Below are positions 59,820 to 64,000 of a DNA stretch of 64,000 nt, piece after piece (position 1 is the stretch's first letter; each line of letters opens with the position of its first letter). The notes below the pieces were generated by a model. The model made no database searches. It saw only the letters and a program-made list of their open reading frames with translations, and was not told where the DNA came from. The translations under genes were made by a program, and so were the position numbers. The stretch covers positions 1,736,001 to 1,800,000 of the forward strand of contig NW_027362916.1 in assembly GCF_046119375.1 (NCBI RefSeq), in the 5' to 3' direction. The DNA is from Phyllobates terribilis (Eukaryota).

Positions 59820-62560
59820 TAATTAGCGGACGCCATGTTGTGTTTGGAGAGCCCATGTGTGCCCAAACTTTGGAGCTCCCCCACAAGTGACCCCATTTTG
59901 GAAACTAGACCCCCCAAGGCACCTTTCTAGATGCATAGTGAGCACTTGGAACCCCCAGGTGCTTCACAAATTGATTCGTAACAATGAAAAAAAAAAACAC
60001 TTTTTCATTTTTATGAATCAATTTGTGAAGCACCTGAGTGTTCCAAGTGCTCACAATGCATCTAGATAGGTGCCTTGGGGGGTCTAGTTTCCAAAATGGG
60101 GTCACTTGTGGGGGAGCTCCAATGTTTGGGCACACAGCGGCTCTCCAAACGCAACATGGTGTCGCTAACAATTTGAGCCGATTTTCCGTTAAATTTGTTA
60201 GAGGACACCATGTTGCATTTAGAGAGTCCCTGTGTGCCCAAACATTGGAGCTCCCCCACAAGTGACCCCATTTTGGAAACTAGACCCCCCAAGGCACTTA
60301 TCTAGATGCATAGTGAGCACTTGGAACCCCAGGTGCTTCACAAATTGATTCGTAACAATGAAAAAGTGAAAAAAAAAACACTTTTTCATTTGTATGAATC
60401 AATTTGTGAAGCACCTGAGGGTTCCAAGTGCTCACTGTGCATCTAGATAGGTGCCTTGGGTGGTCTAGTTTCCAAAATGGGGTCACTTGTGGGGGAGCTC
60501 CAATATTTGGGCACACAGCGGCTCTCTAAATGCAACATGGTGTCCGCTAACAAATTTAACGCAAAATTGGCTCAAATTGTTAGCGACACCATGTTGCGTT
60601 TGGAGAGCTGCTGTGTGCCCAAACATTGGAGCTCCCCCACAAGTGACCCCATTTTGGAAACTAGACCCCCCAAGGCACCTATCTAGATGCATAGTGAGCA
60701 CTTGGAACCCCCAGGTGCTTCACAAATTGATTCGTAACAATGAAAAAGTGAAAAAAAAAACACTTTTTCATTTTTATGAATCAATTTGTGAAGCACCTGG
60801 GGGTTCCAACTGCTCACTATGCATCTAGATAGGTGCCTTGGGGGGTCTAGTTTCCAAAATGGGGTCACTTGTGGGAGAGCTCCAATGTTTGGGCACACAG
60901 GGACTCTCTAAATGCAACATGGTATCCGCTAACAAATTGAATGGAAAATCGGCTCAAATTGTTAGCGGACGCCACATTGCGTTTGGAGAGCCCCTCTGTG
61001 CCCAAACTTTGGAGCTCCCCCACAAGTGACCCCATTTTGGAAACTAGACCCCCCAAGGCACCTTTCTAGATGCATAGTGAGCACTTGGAACCCCCAGGTG
61101 CTTCACAAATTGATTCGTAATAATGAAAAAGTGAAAAAAAAAACACTTTTTCATTTTTACGAATTAATTTGTGAAGCACCTAGGGGTTCCAAGTGCTCAC
61201 TATGCATCTAGATAGGTGCCTTGGGGGGTCTAGTTTCCAAAATGGGGTCACTTGTGGAGGAGCTCCAATGTTTGGGCACACAGGGACTCTCCAAATGCAA
61301 CATGATATCCGCTAACAATTTGAGCCGACAATTTGTTAGCGGATATCATGTTGCATTTGGAGAGTCCCTGTGTGCCCAAACATTGGAGCTCCCCCACAAG
61401 TGACCCCATTTTGGAAACTAGACCCCCCAAGGCACCTATCTAGATTCATACTGAGCACTTGGAACCCCAGGTGCTTCACAAATTGATTCATAAAAATGAA
61501 AAAGTGTTTTTTTTTCACTTTTTCATTTTTACGAATCAATTTGTGAAGCACCTGGGGGTTCCAAGTGCTCACTATGCATCTAGAAAGGTGCCTTGGGGGG
61601 TCTAGTTTCCAAAATGGGGTCACTTGTGGGGGAGCTCCAAAGTTTGGGCACAGAGGGGCTCTCCAAACGCAATGTGGTGTCCGCTAACAATTTGAGCCGA
61701 TTTTCCATTCAATTTGTTAGCGGATACCATGTTGCATTTAGAGAGTCCCTGTGTGCCCAAACATTGGAGCTCCCCCACAAGTGACCCCATTTTGGAAACT
61801 AGACCCCCCAAGGCACCTATCTAGATTCATAGTGAGCACTTGGAACCCCAGGTGCTTCACAAATTGATTCATAAAAATGAAAAAGTGTTTTTTTTTTCAC
61901 TTTTTCATTTTTACGAATCAATTTGTGAAGCACCTGGGGGTTCCAAGTGCTCACTATGCATCTAGAAAGGTGCCTTGGGGGGTCTAGTTTCCAAAATGGG
62001 GTCACTTGTGGGGGAGCTCCAAAGTTTGGGCACAGAGGGGCTCTCCAAACGCAATGTGGTGTCCGCTAACAATTTGAGCCGATTTTCCATTCAATTTGTT
62101 AGCGGATACCATGTTGCATTTAGAGAGTCCCTGTGTGCCCAAACATTGGAGCTCCCCCACAAGTGACCCCATTTTGGAAACTAGACCCCCCAAGGCACCT
62201 ATCTAGATTCATAGTGAGCACTTGGAACCCCAGGTGCTTCACAAATTGATTCATAAAAATGAAAAAGTGTTTTATTTTCACTTTCTCATTTTTACGAATC
62301 AATTTGTGAAGCACCTGGGGGTTCTAAGTGCTCACTATGCATCTAGATAGGTGCCTTGGGGGGTCTAGTTTCCAAAATGGGGTCACTTGTGGGGGAGCTC
62401 CAATGTTTGGACACACAGGGACTCTCCAAACGCAACATGGCGTCCGCTAACAATTTGAGCCGATTTTCCATTCAATTTGTTAGCGGACACCATGTCGCGT
62501 TTGGAGAGCCCGTGATGTGCCTAAACAGTGGAGCTCCCCCACAAGTGTCCCCATTTTGGA
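59820..62560. repeat. Array of 15 alternately inverted arms, period about 380 bp
   Basis: TTTTGGAAACTAGAC and its reverse complement alternate about every 190 bp. Confidence 0.95.
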
Positions 62561-63009
62561 AACTATACCCCTCAAAGATTTTATTAAGGTGTATAGTGAA
62601 CATTTTGAACCCAGAGGTACGGCACATTATTTGTTTACATTAGGTCATCATATTGAATAAGTTTTCATTATTCTTGAGCGCAAGTGCTCGTTACTTGAGT
62701 TTGCATCGGGTACTCAGGTATGCACCATGTACAGCGTGTGCTCGAGTGACATGCTCGAGTCCCTGCTCCGCATGTTTCACGGTTATTAGACACCCAAAAA
62801 AAAACATGCGGGGATCGCTCGTGCATGGCAGGCAATCCCCGTAAAGTTTTTTGGCCGCGAAGCATATGGGGCAGAGACTCGAGCATGTCACTCAAATACC
62901 CACGATACTAAATGCATACCAGAGCACCCGATGCAAACTCAAGTAGCGAGCACTTGCTCTCAACACTAGTCGCCATATCGTCATCTTTTTTTCTTACTTT
63001 TGAAAAAAA

Positions 63010-63140
63010 TCCCAACCCCAGCCCTAACCCTAGCACAACCCTAGCCCCAGCACAACCCTAGCCCCAGCACAACCCTAGCCCCAGCACAACCCTAGCCCCA
63101 GCACAACCCTAGCCCCAAACCCAGCCCAATCCTAACCCAA
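63010..63140 (+). repeat. Telomere-like C-rich tract with an 18-bp unit
   Basis: (CCCCAGCACAACCCTAGC)n at the position homologous to 7128-7197. Confidence 0.8.
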
Positions 63141-64000
63141 GAGTTTATTTTTGACGCCGTTCCTTGTGCGGTATAAGTGATTAGACGACTTTATTCTTCG
63201 GGTCGGTGTGATTACAGCAATGCCAGAATCATATGGGGTTTTTATGACTGACAGCTGTCACACACTAAAAGACGCATTTTTTGTAAAATCTAGTTTTTGC
63301 ATCGCCATATTTTGAGAGCTATAATTTTTCCAGATTTTGGCAGACAGTCATGTGACGGCTCGTTTTTTGCGGGATGACTTGACGTTGTTATTGGTGCCAT
63401 TTTCAGGCACGTGACATTTTTTGATCGCTTTCTATTCCGATTTTTGGGAGGCAGAATAAACAAAAACCAACAATTCAGGAATTGTTTTTTTTTTTTTTTT
63501 TTTTATTCTGTTCCGCGTGTGGTAAAATTGATGAGGCAGCTTTACTCTTCGGGTCAGTACGTTTACAGCGGTACCACATTTGTATCATTTTTCTATGTTT
63601 TGGCGCTTATACACAATAAAAGCTATTTTATAGAAAAAAATATTTTTTAGTATCGCTTTATTCTGAGAGCTATAACTTTTTTATTTTTCGGCTGATGGAG
63701 CTATATGGCGGCTTGTTTTTTGCAGGACGAGATGACGTTTTCAGCGGTATCATTTTTATTTATATGCGTCTTTTTGATCGCGTGTTATTCCACTTTTTGT
63801 TTGGCGGTATGGTGATAAAGCATTGTTTTTTGCTTGGTTTTTTTTTTTTTTTTTTTACCGTGTTCACTGAAGGGGTTAACTAGTGGGACAGTTTTATAGG
63901 TCAGGTTGTTCCGGACGCGGCGATACCAAATATGTGTACTTTTATTGTTTTTTTTTTATTTTTTTTATAATAATATTTATTGATGGGTACATTATATTTT

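Larger units (their letters stand above)
58998..64000. mobile_element. Non-autonomous piggyBac-like composite element, same family as 5390-8566; runs off the window
   Basis: TTAA|CCCCTTAA start; collinear with 5390-8040, including the nested MITE and telomere-like tract. Confidence 0.9.

Noticed and set aside
59857-62643. Repeated [12 protein letters not shown]... and [10 protein letters not shown]... ORFs
   Set aside because: They are translations of the palindromic arms. They were useful only as symmetry markers.
63010-63140. True or fused telomere
   Set aside because: The tract is short, degenerate and at a fixed position inside a transposon family.

Overview
Eukaryotic, vertebrate DNA. 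The gene family and TE repertoire suggest a frog (inference). No rRNA, tRNA or CRISPR is present. The host content is a tandem cluster of minus-strand C2H2 zinc-finger genes. Gene 2 has a complete 6-exon CDS (17143-22854, 757 aa: two 'LTGE' boxes, a KRAB-A-like exon and 17 finger repeats). Gene 1 has five coding exons (4510-8754) and its finger exon is inferred to lie left of the window. Both genes have homologous promoter/first-exon segments (about 9845-9960 and 33746-33860). Most of the rest is nested transposon debris: a chromovirus Gypsy; two SCAN-bearing Gmr1-type Gypsy elements with integrase before RT; two solo LTRs of one family; two L1s; a CR1 tail; two Penelope-like elements, each with a mutated minimal hammerhead ribozyme; piggyBac-like, hAT, Tc1 and Harbinger non-autonomous elements; and several minisatellites. 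The most unusual structures are a 2.7-kb array of alternately inverted arms with a higher-order palindrome centre (59820-62560), a non-coding fold-back insertion with a 15-bp TSD (26276-28330), and a non-autonomous hAT carrying a well-formed 90-nt exon. All alignments were made by eye; no database searches were run.
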